A stretch of 64,000 bases of DNA, from contig NW_027191477.1 in NCBI RefSeq assembly GCF_011745625.1, positions 186,001 through 250,000 on the forward strand, written 5' to 3'. Positions within the stretch are counted from its first letter, which is position 1. Each line of letters opens with the position of its first letter. Positions 13,637 through 27,200 of the stretch are shown here, piece after piece. The notes under the pieces are model-generated. The model ran no database searches, was not told where the DNA came from, and worked only from the letters and a program-made list of their open reading frames with translations. Source of the DNA: Cladosporium halotolerans (taxonomy: Eukaryota). The position numbers were made by a program, and so were the translations under genes.

Positions 13637-14973
13637 TTATACAAAGGCCTGGACTCCAGTGATCGCCCTTCCTAAGATCAAAGAGTGGATGTCACTCTGG
13701 CCCTCATATGTCTGCGTCACAAACAAGTTGGCGACGTGCCTTCCAATGTGGTACTCGTCACTGACAGCGTTGCCGCCGAAAATCTCCTGCAGTATGCGAG
13801 CGTTGACGAGCGCCCTGTCGCAGTTCTGGCGCTTGATCATGGAGATCATCTCGGGCGCCGCCTTGCCCTCGTCCTTCAGCCTGCCGACCTGGTGCGCGGC
13901 CAGGATACCGTACGCGGCGTCCGTCGTCGCATCGGCCAGCTTCTTCTGCACCAGCTGGTACTTGGCGATAGGGTTGCCCTTGAACTGCTTACGCTCCAGC
14001 GCGTACTCCCTCGCGCGCGCGACGCAGTCCTCCAGCGCACCGATGGTGCCCCACGCAATACCGTAGCGCGCGCTGTTAAGGCAGGAGAAAGGCCCGCGCA
14101 GGCCCTCAACGTGCGGGAACATCATCTCGTGGGCGACGGGGACCTCGTCCATCTGGATCATGCCGGTGATGCTGGCGCGCAGGCCGTTCTTGTTGTCCAG
14201 CTTGGGCGTCTCGAGCGTGCCGGGCGGGCACTTGCTGCGCTCGACGAGGAAGCCGCGGATCTTGCCCGTCTCTTGCAGCTTGGCCCAGACCAGTAGGACC
14301 TCGGCGATGGGCGAGTTGGTGATCCACGTCTTGGAGCCGCTTAGGCTGTAGTAGCCCTTCTTGGTCGGGTGCGGCTTGGCCACGCTCTCCATGCTGCCCG
14401 GGTCGCTGCCGTGGTTGGGCTCGGTCAAGCCAAAGCAGCCGACGATCTTGCCCTTGGCCATGCCGGGCAGGAACTTCTCCTTCTGCTCTTCTGTGCCGAA
14501 CTCTTCGATGCCGCCCATGGCGAGGGAGGATTGCACGCTCATGCCGCTGCGGTAGCCGGAGTCTACTCGCTCGACTGCTCGTGTGATCAAGCCTGACGCG
14601 ACTGACGAGACGCCGGCGCAGCCGTATCCTTTGATCGTGGCTCCGAGGAAACCGAGTTCGCCCATCTCTTCCAGGATCTTCTGGTCATAGTTCTCATTGC
14701 GGTAGGCCTCTGTAAGTGGTCCTGTCAGTGGAGTATTCTTAATGTGTGAAAGATGTTTGGAACGGCCATACCGAGAACTCGAGGAAGCATACGCTCCTGG
14801 CAATAGTCTTCTGCTGTCTCCGCAATGGCCAGTTCTTCTTCCGTGTATAGGTTGCTCGCCCCAAGGGGATCTTTCCAGTCGAATGCTAGAGGAGCGTGCA
14901 AGTGTCGGCGGGCAGCAACTGAAGGAGGCTGAGCGACTCGCCTTGCGGCGCGGGCTGTGACAGATCGGAACAT
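13637..14973 (-). CDS. Mitochondrial glutaryl-CoA dehydrogenase; intron 14710-14771
   Basis: Arg-rich targeting peptide [53 protein letters not shown] and [19 protein letters not shown]. Confidence 0.93.
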
Positions 14974-15711
14974 GATGACTACTTTGGACAACCTACAAAA
15001 AGAAGCAAGGGAAGAAGATTGAGAAAGTAAGTCGTGGAGGCAAAGAAACACGCAATGGTCCACGAGAACTACATTGCTGATCTGCAATGGTGGGAAAGCC
15101 GACGAGGGACTATCGGCACCGAAATGCCGAGGCAATATTCCTGAAAGTCGTCCGCCTCACAAACGCCGAGGACGGCGCAGGGAAGTAACTTCGCGTGGTA
15201 TGATGATCACGGCTATGTCCGCTTGTACATGCCCGTTCCATCGAATGTCTTGCAGATACTAGTTTAATACCGAGGTGACGGAATCATTCCTAGTTTTCAG
15301 TGAATAGGCGGACTCTCTCGAGTCGGTCGCCATGGGTTATCGTCACTTTCGAGACGAATGACGCCGATATCGTTCAAGTCCAATCGTGAGCTGGATGGGA
15401 GGGGACGTCATCATCTACATTGTTGCAATAACTGGTCCGTTTGAGAAACAAGATTCAAATGATCTGTAATAACGTATGTGATTTCTTATTATTTCGTGTT
15501 CTCGAGGGCAACTAGTCTGCCGCAAGTGAAGGCGCGTGCTGGTCGCTCCTCGCTTCGTAGCCCCTCCTCCACACAGAAGCCGTTGCCTACGCCAGACGCG
15601 CTTCGCGTAACACCGCGTTTTCCACTTTCGAGCTTTCCCACCTCCACACCACCCTCTACACACGCGCTCCCACCCTCCACAGACCCTCCTCACACCTGAA
15701 CAACCGCCGTC

Positions 15712-16893
15712 ATGGGTATCAAACACCTCTACCAAGTCCTGAAGGAAAATTGTCCGGAAGCGATCAAAGAGGGCGAGATCAAGAACCAGTTCGGCCGCAA
15801 AGTCGCCATCGATGCCTCCATGTCGCTCTATTCCTTCCTCGTCGCCGTGCGCAGCGACGGCCAGCAGCTTATGAATGAGACGGGCGAGACCACCTCCCAC
15901 CTGATGGGCCTCTTCTACCGCACCCTGCGCATCGTCGACAATGGCATCAAGCCGCTCTACGTTTTCGACGGCGCCCCGCCCAAGCTCAAATCAGGCGAGC
16001 TGGCGAAACGCTTCGCGCGCAAGAGCGAGGCGCAGGAGAACCATGAGGAGGCCAAGGAGACGGGCACGGCGGAGGACGTGGAGAAGTTCAGCAGGCGGAC
16101 GGTGCGGGTGACGCGGGAGCACAACGAGGAAGCGAGGAAGCTGCTGAAGCTCATGGGCGTGCCGTACATCATCGCGCCCACGGAAGCCGAGGCGCAGTGT
16201 GCTGTTCTGGCGCGCGCGGGCAAGGTCTTCGCGGCGGCGTCGGAGGACATGGACACGCTTACTTTCAACGCGCCGGTGCTGCTGCGCAAGCTGACGTTTG
16301 CTGAGCAGCGCAAGGAGCCCATTCAGGAGGTGCACCTCGACAAGGTGTTGGAGGGGCTCGAGATGGATCTGAATCAGTTCATTGACCTGTGCATTTTGCT
16401 TGGATGCGACTACCTCGACCCGATCAAGGGTGTTGGCCCTAAGGTCGCGCTGAACCTGATTCGCGAGCACAAGAATTTGGAGAACGTTGTCAAGCACCTC
16501 GAGTCCAACAGCAAGTACACGATCCCGGAAGACTGGCCTTATGCCGACGCTCGAGTGCTCTTCCTCGAGCCTGATGTGCGCAGCGCAGACGACCCCGAGT
16601 GCGATTTCAAGTGGGAGTCGCCGGATGTGGACGGCCTGATCAAATACCTTGTTGAGGAGAAGGGATTCTCCGAGGATCGCGTGCGCTCTGGTGCTGCACG
16701 CTTGGCCAAGAACCTCAAGTCATCCCAGCAGTCACGTCTCGAGGGTTTCTTCAAGCCCAGAGAGAAGACTGAGGAGGAGAAGGCCAGCCTCAAGCGCAAG
16801 AACGACGAGAAGCTAGAGGAGAAGAAAAAGAAGCAGAAGGCCGAGGCCAAGGCGAAGAAGGAGGCCAAGGCTAAGCCGAAGATGAATTCGTAG
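15712..16893 (+). CDS. FEN1: Flap endonuclease 1, intronless
   Basis: [46 protein letters not shown] box QSRLEGFF and a basic C-terminal tail. Confidence 0.97.
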   Translation: MGIKHLYQVLKENCPEAIKEGEIKNQFGRKVAIDASMSLYSFLVAVRSDGQQLMNETGETTSHLMGLFYRTLRIVDNGIKPLYVFDGAPPKLKSGELAKRFARKSEAQENHEEAKETGTAEDVEKFSRRTVRVTREHNEEARKLLKLMGVPYIIAPTEAEAQCAVLARAGKVFAAASEDMDTLTFNAPVLLRKLTFAEQRKEPIQEVHLDKVLEGLEMDLNQFIDLCILLGCDYLDPIKGVGPKVALNLIREHKNLENVVKHLESNSKYTIPEDWPYADARVLFLEPDVRSADDPECDFKWESPDVDGLIKYLVEEKGFSEDRVRSGAARLAKNLKSSQQSRLEGFFKPREKTEEEKASLKRKNDEKLEEKKKKQKAEAKAKKEAKAKPKMNS

Positions 16894-17324
16894 ATTGCGT
16901 GCAGACTCGTGCGACGTGCAAGCTTTTGGGATTATGGGCGTTTCAAGGAGCAGGCGTTATCTGAGGCAAAAAGTGATACCACTGGGCGGCCAGACTGGCT
17001 TGGCCAAGGACAGCCCTGCTTTTCAGCGTTGACGATTTGAGATGTACGGGTCACGACATATGTAGACATTCTGTAGCTGACTGCGTGCATGTGACACAAA
17101 AATTCACTTCAACGAAAAAAGAAAGCCCAACGGTAATGCAATGCAAGTCGAGCATGTGATCTGTACGCTGGCGTGCTCAGACGCCAGCACGTGGTGGCGC
17201 TTGGGCCGCGAAGCGAGACTGCAGGGCAACGGCGGTGCAACGGCAGCCTCAGGGCCGAGCCCAAAGCGTCGAGCGCCCGCTCGCTCTGCACCACCTCTGC
17301 CTGCTGCACGACTCCAACGACTCT

Positions 17325-17356
17325 CACCACCACCACCACCACCACCACCACCACCG
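17325..17356. repeat. (CAC)n microsatellite in antizyme 5' region
   Basis: About 10 perfect CAC units. Confidence 0.9.
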
Positions 17357-17535
17357 CGCACTCACCCAACGACAGTCTCTCCAAGCGACTCTTCGCTCAC
17401 CCGCTCACCAATCCGCTCCGACACACCTTCTCAACGACCTCGCCGTCGCCGCAAGCCGCCCGTCAACCGCCTCCACCCACTTCCACCACCACCCTCCACC
17501 GAACCGCATCCGCGCAACCGTGGCAGACCAACGCA

Positions 17536-18605
17536 ATGGCGCTGATATCGGAAAACAATTACACCAGTAGTAGTAATTACCGCCGCTCGTCGTCCGCCTC
17601 CAGCGGCCGTCGCAGCGTCAACACCACCAACACCACCGCTTCCGCCTACGTCGTCAACGCCGCCACCATGGGCTTGACCGGCTTCCACTACACCACCTGC
17701 GGGGCAGGGGGTACGTACCCTACATATCATGCGGTTCTCGAACGCGCAGAAGTACCTCCCTCATCTCTTCCAATATGCTAACACTCGCGCAACAGGAGTG
17801 GGGTGGTTGGTTTGAGGTCGCTTCGGGCGTCCCATCCCCCCCGCCGTCTCCGCACGTCGCTGCAAAGGACCAGGCCTCCAGGCCTTCTCCCTCGCAGCGC
17901 TCGCGCAGCGGAGACGCCGCGCACTACGTCACGGAGGAGTGTGAGAGACTCTTCTGCGAGACGCTCCGGGCCGCGTTCTTGGTTGAGAAGGACGGCGGCG
18001 CCGCGAGGCACTCGCTGGTGATGGGTGCGCGCGACGATGCCGAGGATGCATCGTCGCCGTCGAAGAAGACTCTTGGCGGCTCTGCTGGAATCCCCGTCCA
18101 GCGGCGCCACCAGGCTGATCCGCCGACTCCCTCGCCCTCGCCGAGCGCCACTGTGGTTTACCCCGCGGGCGCTCAGGCTGGGAGTGTGATCAGGGAGTAC
18201 CTGGAAGTCTACGATTACCACGCCACCGGCACGCGGTTCCGGGGCTTCGTAGCGGAGAGCAGCGGCGCGGCCGAGCGCGCGCTCTTCGTCTTCTTCGACA
18301 AAGAGGTCATGGGGCAGGACTTGAAGCCTGGGTGAGTGTGCAATCCTACTTCCTTTACATCAACGCAGTGAGCGACAGTTTACTGACATTCTTTCCACAG
18401 CCTCACCTCCCTCCTCGAGCTCGCGGGCACCGACGGCATCGACTGCGACCAGCTGATCGTCTGTCTCGACCGTAAAGCCGAGGGCTGCAAAGACCTGGCC
18501 AAAGACTTGGGCTGGGTCGGCTTTGAAATTGCCATGCTCGATGCTTGGACCGGGCGTGAGTGCTCGCTGAGCGACAGGTGGCTGTTTCTGGCTATGGATG
18601 TTTGA
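17536..18605 (+). CDS. OAZ1: Ornithine decarboxylase antizyme decoded by programmed +1 frameshift; introns 17711-17795 and 18332-18400; shift site GTT-TGA 17810-17815
   Basis: Spliced ORF1 ends ...GFHYTTCGAGGVGWLV-TGA. The +1 frame continues EVASGVPSPPPSP...EECERLFCETL...DLKPGLTSLLELA...CDQLIVCLDR...LGWVGFE...SDRWLFLAMDV, the fungal ODC antizyme domain. Confidence 0.9.
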
Positions 18606-20091
18606 GTTGATTGAGAGGAGAGACTCGTGTTGATGTGAAGGTTGCTCGACGAGATTGAGCTTGGAAAGGGGCGTGAGGGTTGATTGCTGTTGACTTTAGG
18701 CGGCATGTCCTCACTGGCTTTGGAATGTCTCAGAAAGCTTACTGTCCTTGTTTGTCGCGTTGGAGTTCGTTCTTTCGATCATGGGGTTCTTTCGGCATCG
18801 GCTTGCGAAGGAGCTTTCTTTGGAGTTCTTCTTCATATTGCTTTTGTGCCTTCGATTCCAGAAAGCAACAGTCCTGTCTGACAATAAGTACACACCGTCC
18901 AAAAGCGTAACCGTTTACCTTCACAGCCTCTCATGCCTTTAGTCGTTCCCATAATCTCGTCTCGCCTAGCCTCAAGCTAACTCGTTTTCCCATGCCATGG
19001 AGGCCGGAGTGTCGCCCAAGTCCCCCAAACCCCAACTAACCAAACCCGTGGACGAACAACCTCCAATGCAATCCTGCTCGATCGCTCTCGGTGACATGGT
19101 AGGCACGAGCGGGACGACAAGAAAGGCAGGACTCTTTGCTCAACGTCCTCCACAGGACGGGAGAAACGCGGTCGCAGTCTCGCATTTCGCCCTCGTTCCA
19201 CCCGCGATTCTCCCCCAGGCCTCGATGCCTCGAACAACGAACACGGGAAGCTTCGAGAGGAGACGGGAGAAAGAGGAGCGTGCCATTCGCTTGAGATAGT
19301 CTTACTTAGGCCCGCCTCTCGGTCCTACATCACAGGATGGTAGAGATGAGCGCGACGACACCGGCGAAGAGCTCATCTTGTCTCGCCTCGCCTCAAAGTA
19401 CCTACAGCCGGGCGGGCTCTGCCTAGTCATCAGGACCCATTGACATGAAAGGATAAGACACGAAAACGAAGAATCAGACTGAGCGATGGCATACTCCACG
19501 CAAACAAGGGAACCCAAGAAGGGAAAAGCAAATTGAGATCTCAAAACGCTACGCTACGCTAGACCACCACCACGAACCCAATCCCCTCGCTGTGTTGCCA
19601 TCCACCCAGCCAACGGCTCTCAACAGCAATCTTGCCAAAGAAAGTATACCACACCAAATCCAAGCCATCTATCCCACCCACCCACTCCCTCCCTCATTCA
19701 CGAACGAACGAGAGTGATCGACCGCCGCCACATCTCGCTCCAGAACGCACCGTACCGACCCCGGTCGAGCGAACCAGAGCAAAAATGGAAGTCAAAGACG
19801 CTTTCCGCCCGGGAGAAACTCTCGAGTATCGCAAACCGAAATCAGAAATTGCATTCATCTCATCTCATCTCACATCATCAAAAGCATGGCATGGCAAGGC
19901 AAGCAGGCATTGTAGCGTGGTGTAGTGTAGTGTAAACCATCTCACAAAAAATAAAAAGAAGAGTCCGATTCCAATTCGAAAGTCTAAAGAGGTCAGGTCA
20001 GGTCAGGTCAGGAAGAACCCAAAAAAAAAAGGCAAAAACAACCACAAATTTTTTCTCACTCAAAGTCGTCTCGCCGAATCTGCCGCTCAAG

Positions 20092-20093
<2 letters not shown>

Positions 20094-20123
<30 letters not shown>
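20094..20123. repeat. (CAA)n microsatellite downstream of stuA
   Basis: About 10 CAA units. Confidence 0.9.
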
Positions 20124-20124
<1 letters not shown>

Positions 20125-21033
20125 ACAGACAAACAAACGACTCGCTCCGTCAGCTCGCTTTTCTCTTTCCGCTCTCCCTCCTTCCTTTCCATCCCAGCCT
20201 CGACCACCAATCCACGCCCACTCCGCCCCCTCGCTCAAGAAAGCCCCACCTCCCACAACAAAAGAAGCCCGGCCAGTCGATCAATCCTCGACGGCCAGAG
20301 CCCGCGGGGCGTGCTTTCGAGCGTGGGTGAGCAGAGCGGGCGTGCGTGGAGATCAGGTTGAAGAAAGCTAGGAGGACGCAGACACGTGTATCCTTTTTGT
20401 AATCCCTTCCTTCCTTCCTTCATCCCTTCATCCTCCTTCCACCAAACCACCTCTAGTTCAAAAAAGAAAAAAGCACGCAGCGCAGCGCAGCGTAAACGTT
20501 CAGAAAGTCGTCTCGTTCCGTTCGTCGTTCGTCTCATGTCGGGAAGAAGAAGATAAAAAGAGGCTCTCGGGAGAAGTAAAAGGCAAGCAAGTCGTTTTCA
20601 TTTTTTGGGCTCCGCTCCCTTCTCCCTGGCAGGAGAGCCGGGGAGGTGGAGGGATCGAAGATAGCGGGAGAAAGCAGTGAAGTCGCTTGAGCAGAGCAGA
20701 GCAGAGCAGAGCGGATGGACAGCGGTCGTCGTTCGTCTCGAGATGTAGCAGATTTCGGTTCGGCGAGTGCCGAGTGTATTGTGGTCGTTTCCCTTTCCTT
20801 CCTTCCTTCTTCCCTTCCTTCCTTCCATCCGTCCATCGAATCGAGTCGAATCGGATAGTGAGGAGAGCAGAGTAGTGTTGTGGTTGGGGTCATCATAAGC
20901 GTCGTCATTAGGTGCGAGAAAAGAAGAAAGCCAGATCAAAGCGGTCAACAGAAGAACAAAAAAGAGTACAAAACGTCGGCTCCAGGTCCCTCCAATTTTT
21001 TTGCATCATCAGCAACAACACACCAAACCAGCC

Positions 21034-23200
21034 TTATCGGATCGGCTTGATGGGCTGCTGCTGGCTGATGGGCCTGGGCGCGGCAGCGACGACGCCGGCT
21101 CCAGAACCATCCGTGCGCGCACGCTTGATGCCGTTCTCGCTCAGCGGGCGACCGTAGCCCTCGTCGTCGTCCAGGTCGCGGCCGCGCTTGTTGCCACCGC
21201 TGGTCTGCGGGATGCCGTTCATGGACGGGTACTGGGCGGTGTTGTAGGCCTGGGGCTGCGGGTAGGAGTCCGGGGCGCCGTTGGGGGCCGCACCAGCACG
21301 AGCGTCGTTACTGATGACACTGTAAAGGTTGCTGGCGGGCAGCCGGGCGCGCTGGGGGGTCGTGTAGCCCGGGTAAGCGGCGGTGGTGGTCGTGCGGGGC
21401 GTGGCGCGACCGGAGCCGTTCTGGTGCGGCGAGTGCGTCATCTCGGGCGAGATGTGCGAAGGGTCGGAGTGCATGGAGCCCAGGGGAGCGGCGGGCAGGC
21501 TGGCGTAGGAAGCCTTGCGGGAGCCGTACGAGGCGCTGGTGTGGGTGTATTCACCCTCGTGCTCGCCGTCGCCGTCGTGTTGGTTGGCGTAGGCTTCGTG
21601 GGGCTTGTGCTCGGTGTGCTCGTTCTCTGCACCAGTGCGCGCGGGCGGCGCCATCTCAGTCTTGACACCGGAGTTGGGCTGGACCTGACCGTACTGGGCG
21701 CCGGCGTACGGAGGGTACGCGGGCGCCGGAGCACTGTACATCGGTCGCGAGCCGTCGTAGGCCTGAGTGGTCGGGTACTGCATCTGCGAGGAGCTGCCGG
21801 GGGAAGTGGAAGCTGGAGGAGTTGTTGGCATGGAGTGTGACACAACGGCATTCACTGGGATATGCTGACCTGATTGCATGGCAGCCGTTTGCCCTCCACC
21901 GTACTCATACGAGCTGCCCGAGTTACCCATGTTCATGGTCATGCTGGACGCGCTGGTGGGTGGCGTTGGGAAAGTGTGAGCGCGGTCGAGACCAGGCCTG
22001 CCCGAAGCCGGGTGCGGAGCCATGGAATGAGGAGGCTGAGGAACGCCTGGTGTGCTCATGGAATGGTGGTGAGTGAGAGCGGGAGGCTGAGAGCTGGTCG
22101 GGGTGCGCATGTAGTCGGGCTGGTTTTCCGGACGACGGCGGCCATCGCAGCGTTACCTATGCTCTGCTGACGAGCCTGGTTGGTCGGGTGGTACAACAAA
22201 GCGCCGATGTTGTGGACGAAGAGCGGGTAAAGCAACTCCGTGATTTGTTCCTTGTTCGCGAAATCCAGCGCGCGGTCGAAGGGTATCCTGTGGTTGTCAG
22301 TCTCGTGTTCTTGCACTACTATAAAACAAAAGATCATCCGAAAACTCACCAGACGCCTTTCAAATGCATGGGACCAATCTTGACCACGTGCCTGGTCTTC
22401 TCGCTCTTGAGAATGCCGTCGCGACGACCCCGCGTCATGCCGGCGACATTCAGCAGCTTCGTTCCGTTGATCATGTGGTTGTCCTCTCGCCTGGCCACGC
22501 AAACGCCCTTGGCCTCGACCTGAAAGCAGAGGCTGCCCTCGTCTTCCCACAGAGTCGCAGTGACCCTCGGCTTCATGCCCGGAGGAGCAATCTGGCCGGT
22601 GGTGTCTGGGGTGTGCTGCTGGAACTGCTGTCCCATAGGGGGTGCCGGCTGGCCGGTTGCCATGGTGGGGAGCGGCAGTCCCTGCTGGACCATGCCAGAG
22701 CCCATGGAGGAAGTCGTGGGGTGTCCACCGGCCATTGGCGCCATGGAGCTGGAGTATTGATACGACCCATAGCTGTTGGGCGGGTAGGTCTGCGAGGCAG
22801 GTTGCAGAGCTTGAGGCTGGCCGTACGAGTACTGGCTGATGCCGGAGCCGGGAGCGGACGCCGGAGCGTGCTCCATGTATGTCTGTGGCTGGTTCATGCT
22901 GCTGTATCCTTGGCTGTACTGATAGCCCGAGGGAGCGTACTGCGAGTGGTAGGAAGCTTGCTCTGGCGAGGGTGTCTGCAGGCCAGTCGCGTGCTTGCCA
23001 GCGTCGACGGGAGATGTATACGTGGTGTTCGAGTCGTAGGACTGGGTGCCAGTGCTGAACGAATCAGCCCGGGGCGACGAGCCAACCGAAGAGAGTGATT
23101 GTTGAACCGCAGTTGAAGGCGTCGGGTACTGAGTCTGGTACCAGTGGCTGTTGTCGTCGATTCCCCGGGCTTGGACGTGGGAGATGGGTGGCAGCGCCAG
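21034..23200 (-). CDS. stuA: APSES transcription factor StuA/Asm-1; intron 22288-22349; first in-frame ATG 22897, candidate CUG start 23200; apparent 1-nt frameshift near 22140
   Basis: [59 protein letters not shown]...[18 protein letters not shown]. Downstream [30 protein letters not shown] and NKRGRD blocks are typical of StuA. Confidence 0.93.
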
Positions 23201-24206
23201 TTTCGCGGTAGCTCTCGACGGAGCTATCGTGTGCGGGTGATCTGGGGGGTGAGTGGACAACGCGAGGCTGTCCAATGGGTGGAGTCGGGTCGGACGGCGG
23301 CGCGCGGTGTCGCTGTCGTTATCCTCGGCAAGCAGGACTTGGGGGAGCTGCTCGGGGCGGAGGCGTGAGTGAGGTCGGGTGGGTGGTGCTTTCGTGCAAT
23401 TTCGTGTCGTTAAAAGTCGTTGGTCCCGTGTAAAGCGTGAGGGCTTGTAGTGGTGGGAGTGCCAGGGCTGGACGGTGAGACGCAAGCAAAAGTCGTGAGG
23501 GCGGTGGTGGTGGTGGTGGTGGTGGTGTTGGTGGGCGTGGTGGTGGTGGAAGGCAGCGGCTCGCAGACGCGCAAACAGTCGTCAATGATGCAGGGGGTCG
23601 TAAATATCGTTAATGGTCGTGACAGGTCGTGGCTCGTTGCGGCGAACGAAGCAATACCACGGCAGACCTGGGAGGAATGGAGGTCAGCTCGGGCGGTATG
23701 GCGAGGTATGGACTGGGGCAGCAGCAGCGCGTGTCATGCAGCAGCGACCGGCGGGTTGGAGTCGGAGTCTGCAGAGGGCGCGGATGCTGGTGCTAACGCG
23801 GCGGACGCACCCTGTGCTGGCTGGCTAAGAAATGCAATGCATTAGAGGATGGAGCACGAAGGGAAGGCTTGCTGTGGGTGGGGGACGGGCTTGGAGGATA
23901 AGGCCGGCACAGGCGCGGCGGGCAGGCAGGGCAGGGTGGATGGGTGGATGCGGAGGAGGTTGGTGTTGGCGAGCTAGCGGCTGTGGCTTGCACGCCAGCC
24001 GGCGCGCGGGCGATATCGAGGCCGGGAGGGCGCTAGGCGCGAAGCGGGCGGGCAGGCGAGGTGGTGTGGGGAAGGCGGCGAGAGGCGACCGGGGCGCGGT
24101 GCACGTACCTTTTGGCTGGGGCCGCTGGGAGAGAGAGGTGCTCTCTGTTTGGCTGTGCAGCCGCTGATTGAGCTGCTGGCCTGCTGCTGCTGCTGCCCGG
24201 GCCGGC

Positions 24207-24242
24207 GTGATGGGATGGGATGGGATGGGATGGGATGGGATG
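24207..24242. repeat. (GGATG)n pentanucleotide microsatellite
   Basis: Repeated gatgg units seen directly. Confidence 0.85.
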
Positions 24243-27200
24243 AGATACCTAGAGTGGGATCGGCGCGAGCGTGCGGCCCAGCAGGCGGTGGGTGCGTGTG
24301 TGCGTGTGTGCGTGGGTGAGTGAATGCCGTATTGAGTATTGTGTATTGATCGGATCAGTAGTGCGTGCTCAGGCCAGGCGTGTGCGAGGAGCGAGTTGGA
24401 CGCGCGTGGGCGGCGAGACGCTGCTGCTGCTGCTGCGAGTGACTGGCGCTGGGGATCTTTCTCCCAAGACTTCCAGCTTCCTGCACGATGGCGTGCGCGG
24501 CGAGACACCCAACGGCGACGGCGGAGCAGCTGGCCGGGGCGGCGGTGGGCGGCGTTTGAGATGCGCACGAGGGCGGTGCTGGCGGTGGCGGCGACGGGTG
24601 CGGGAGGGCACGTTGCGGCGGCGGCCAATGCAATGCAGCACGCGCTTCTGCGCAGCAGACGCAGGTTGCGGGCGAAAGGTGGAGGAGGATGCAGCGCGAG
24701 GGTCGAGACACAGACAGAAAGACAGGCAGGCAAGCAAGGCGGGCTGCCTTACCTAGCTCGCGGATGGATGGGTGGGCGGGCGGGTGAGTAGTGAGCTGCT
24801 GACGCGCCGGAGCTGCTGCCCTGCTCTGCTCTGATTAGGCTCAGGTGGGAAGGTGAGAGGTGCCTTACGGTATGCTCGGCGTGTCTCTGCTTCAGACCGG
24901 CGAGCTCAGGCTGTACCTTAGGCTGCTGGCTGCTGGCTGCTGGTGCTGGCGGTGGCAGATGCTGGGCTCGCACTAGCACGGCAAAGCAGCTGTCCTGCTG
25001 CGTGGCGGGCCGTTGCGATGCGCGGCCGCGGTGGGTGTGTGGGTGGTGTCGGGAGCCGGCGCGAAGGCTGGAATAGTCAATCGTATCGCACGCAAGCAGT
25101 CGACGGACGACAGCCGCCGTTGGTCGAGAGGGAATATGCGGTGTGCGGGAGACGTGCAGTAGCAGCGCTGGCGCCGTTTCTGGCTCTGGCTGTGGCTCTG
25201 GCTCTGGCTCTGCGCTCTCGCAAGGCGCGCGAACGACAGGACGAGACGAGACGAGCGGCGGGCGGGTGCTTGAGTCAACAACGGTCGGTCGGCGGGCGGG
25301 TGCGGGAACACGCTCTGAGACACTTCTCTTTCTCGCGCGCAAGTTCGCAGGCAGGCAGGCAGGCAGGTGATGCTGCTTGCTTCTTGCTGGCAGGCGGGCG
25401 GCGGGCCTAAAAGACGCCTCCTCAGTCCTTTCTCTCGACCCGCGCGCCCTCTCTCCCCTCTGCTCGTTTTTGCTGAGACACCCTTTCTCCGCCCCAGGGC
25501 CAACGGGCGCGCGACGCGCAGGGATGCGGCAGCCGGCCTACCGGTGGGGAACAGGCAGGGCAGGGCAGGGCAGGGAATGAGGGCGCCAGGCCTCGCGCGC
25601 GATGGATGGCTGGCCAGCGGACGCCCGTCCTTGGCTCGAGAGGAGGGCCCAGGGAGAGCGCGCGATGCGATCGGCACCGCCGGTTGCGGTAAGAGAATCC
25701 CAGCGCACAGACGACTCGCTCGCCGCGAACAGATCTCGCGGCGCGTGGGTAGATGCTGCTGGGCTGCTGGATGGACGCTGCGTGCTGGGCCTGTCGTGCC
25801 ATTACTACATCCGGACGATGCTGGCCGGCGCGCATGTGCGTTGCGGGCGCGAACGCGCGGATCCGGGGCGACGGTAATCAGAGTACGTACTGGTACATCG
25901 CTGTACACACAGACGCCTACGTTATCGGTACATACACACCAGGTACCTTACCCTCTCAACACGCGCGCGACAAAAACAACGACAGAACGATGACGGCGGA
26001 GGATCGGCGGAATAGGACCGCAGACGGCAAGATCAGGCTCGCGGCCGCCCGCACTCAAAATCGCAAAAGCCATAGTTGCAATCTATCTGAATTCGCCCCG
26101 TCGAGTGGAACAGCGCTCCATCGCCTCGCGGGCCTCGAACGGCGAATTATAACCCCAGCGAGTGACCAGCGAGCGCGAACACAGGCGCGACGAACCTGGC
26201 GTGCTGGCTACCTTCCTAGCTCCCAGCCATATGAAGTCAACTCAAGCCGCGAACAGCGACCAGGGTCGGGAGGGCGGATGAGCGTTGTCGCGAGCGAGTA
26301 GAGCTCGGCGGAAAAGTGGGGCCCCCTCGCGCTCTTGGGCGAGCGATTACACGAGACCCGGCGCCCGCTTTGCGCCCACGCGCCGGTTGATGCGTTGAGG
26401 GCTGTCGCAACAATGGGACGGACGTTGAAACGCCTCGCTTCGCGGCGTGGCGTGGGCGTGGCGGGTGGGCGTGGGCGCGCGGGCGCCGGCGCTGGCGGTG
26501 TCGAAACTCTTTATAGTCGACCCGGTCGATAGCTTCGTATATCTATTACGAGTCGTGAGACATCTGGCCCGCAATGCGCAATCGCCGGCTCGCCGTGGGC
26601 CCTGCGAGCCGGCGGCCGCCCGTTCAAGACTCCAAAGTCCACACGCTCTTCTTGCGAACGACGTGCGCTGCGTGCTGCACGGGCCCTGGCCAGACGGCGA
26701 GCGCAAGCACCCCGGCCTTGGTGGCAGGGGTGATGACGGGCAGCAAGATTGGCACGACGGTCAGCGGTTGCTGCTGCCGCTGCCACTGCCACTACTGTTC
26801 CTTGCTCGCGGCGGTCCGACGTAGCCAGCGAAACGAGGAGCGAGACCCAATAATCGCCCGCGGCTACGTGCAGGGCCAGGGTAAGAAAGAGGGTCGGCAC
26901 GTGAACGGATCGCCTCATCCAAAAGCGACGCGAGCCCCGGCCCATCGTCTCATTTCGCCTGGGTCGTGCCAGCGCACAAGTGCTAGGCTTGCGGTACAAT
27001 ACATGTGTGGTTGTCGATGCGGTAGGGGTCGCGGGATGGTTCGAATGCAGGCGGCGGACGGGACGCTGCGCGAGCGGCGGGAGGGCGAGCAGGGAGCTTG
27101 CCGGGAATCTCGCAGCTGCGTCTGATGAGTGAGATGAGGGCTGGCGCCGGCGCAGGGTCGACGTGGGAGGACGTCAGCGACGCACGCACCCAGCGAGGAC

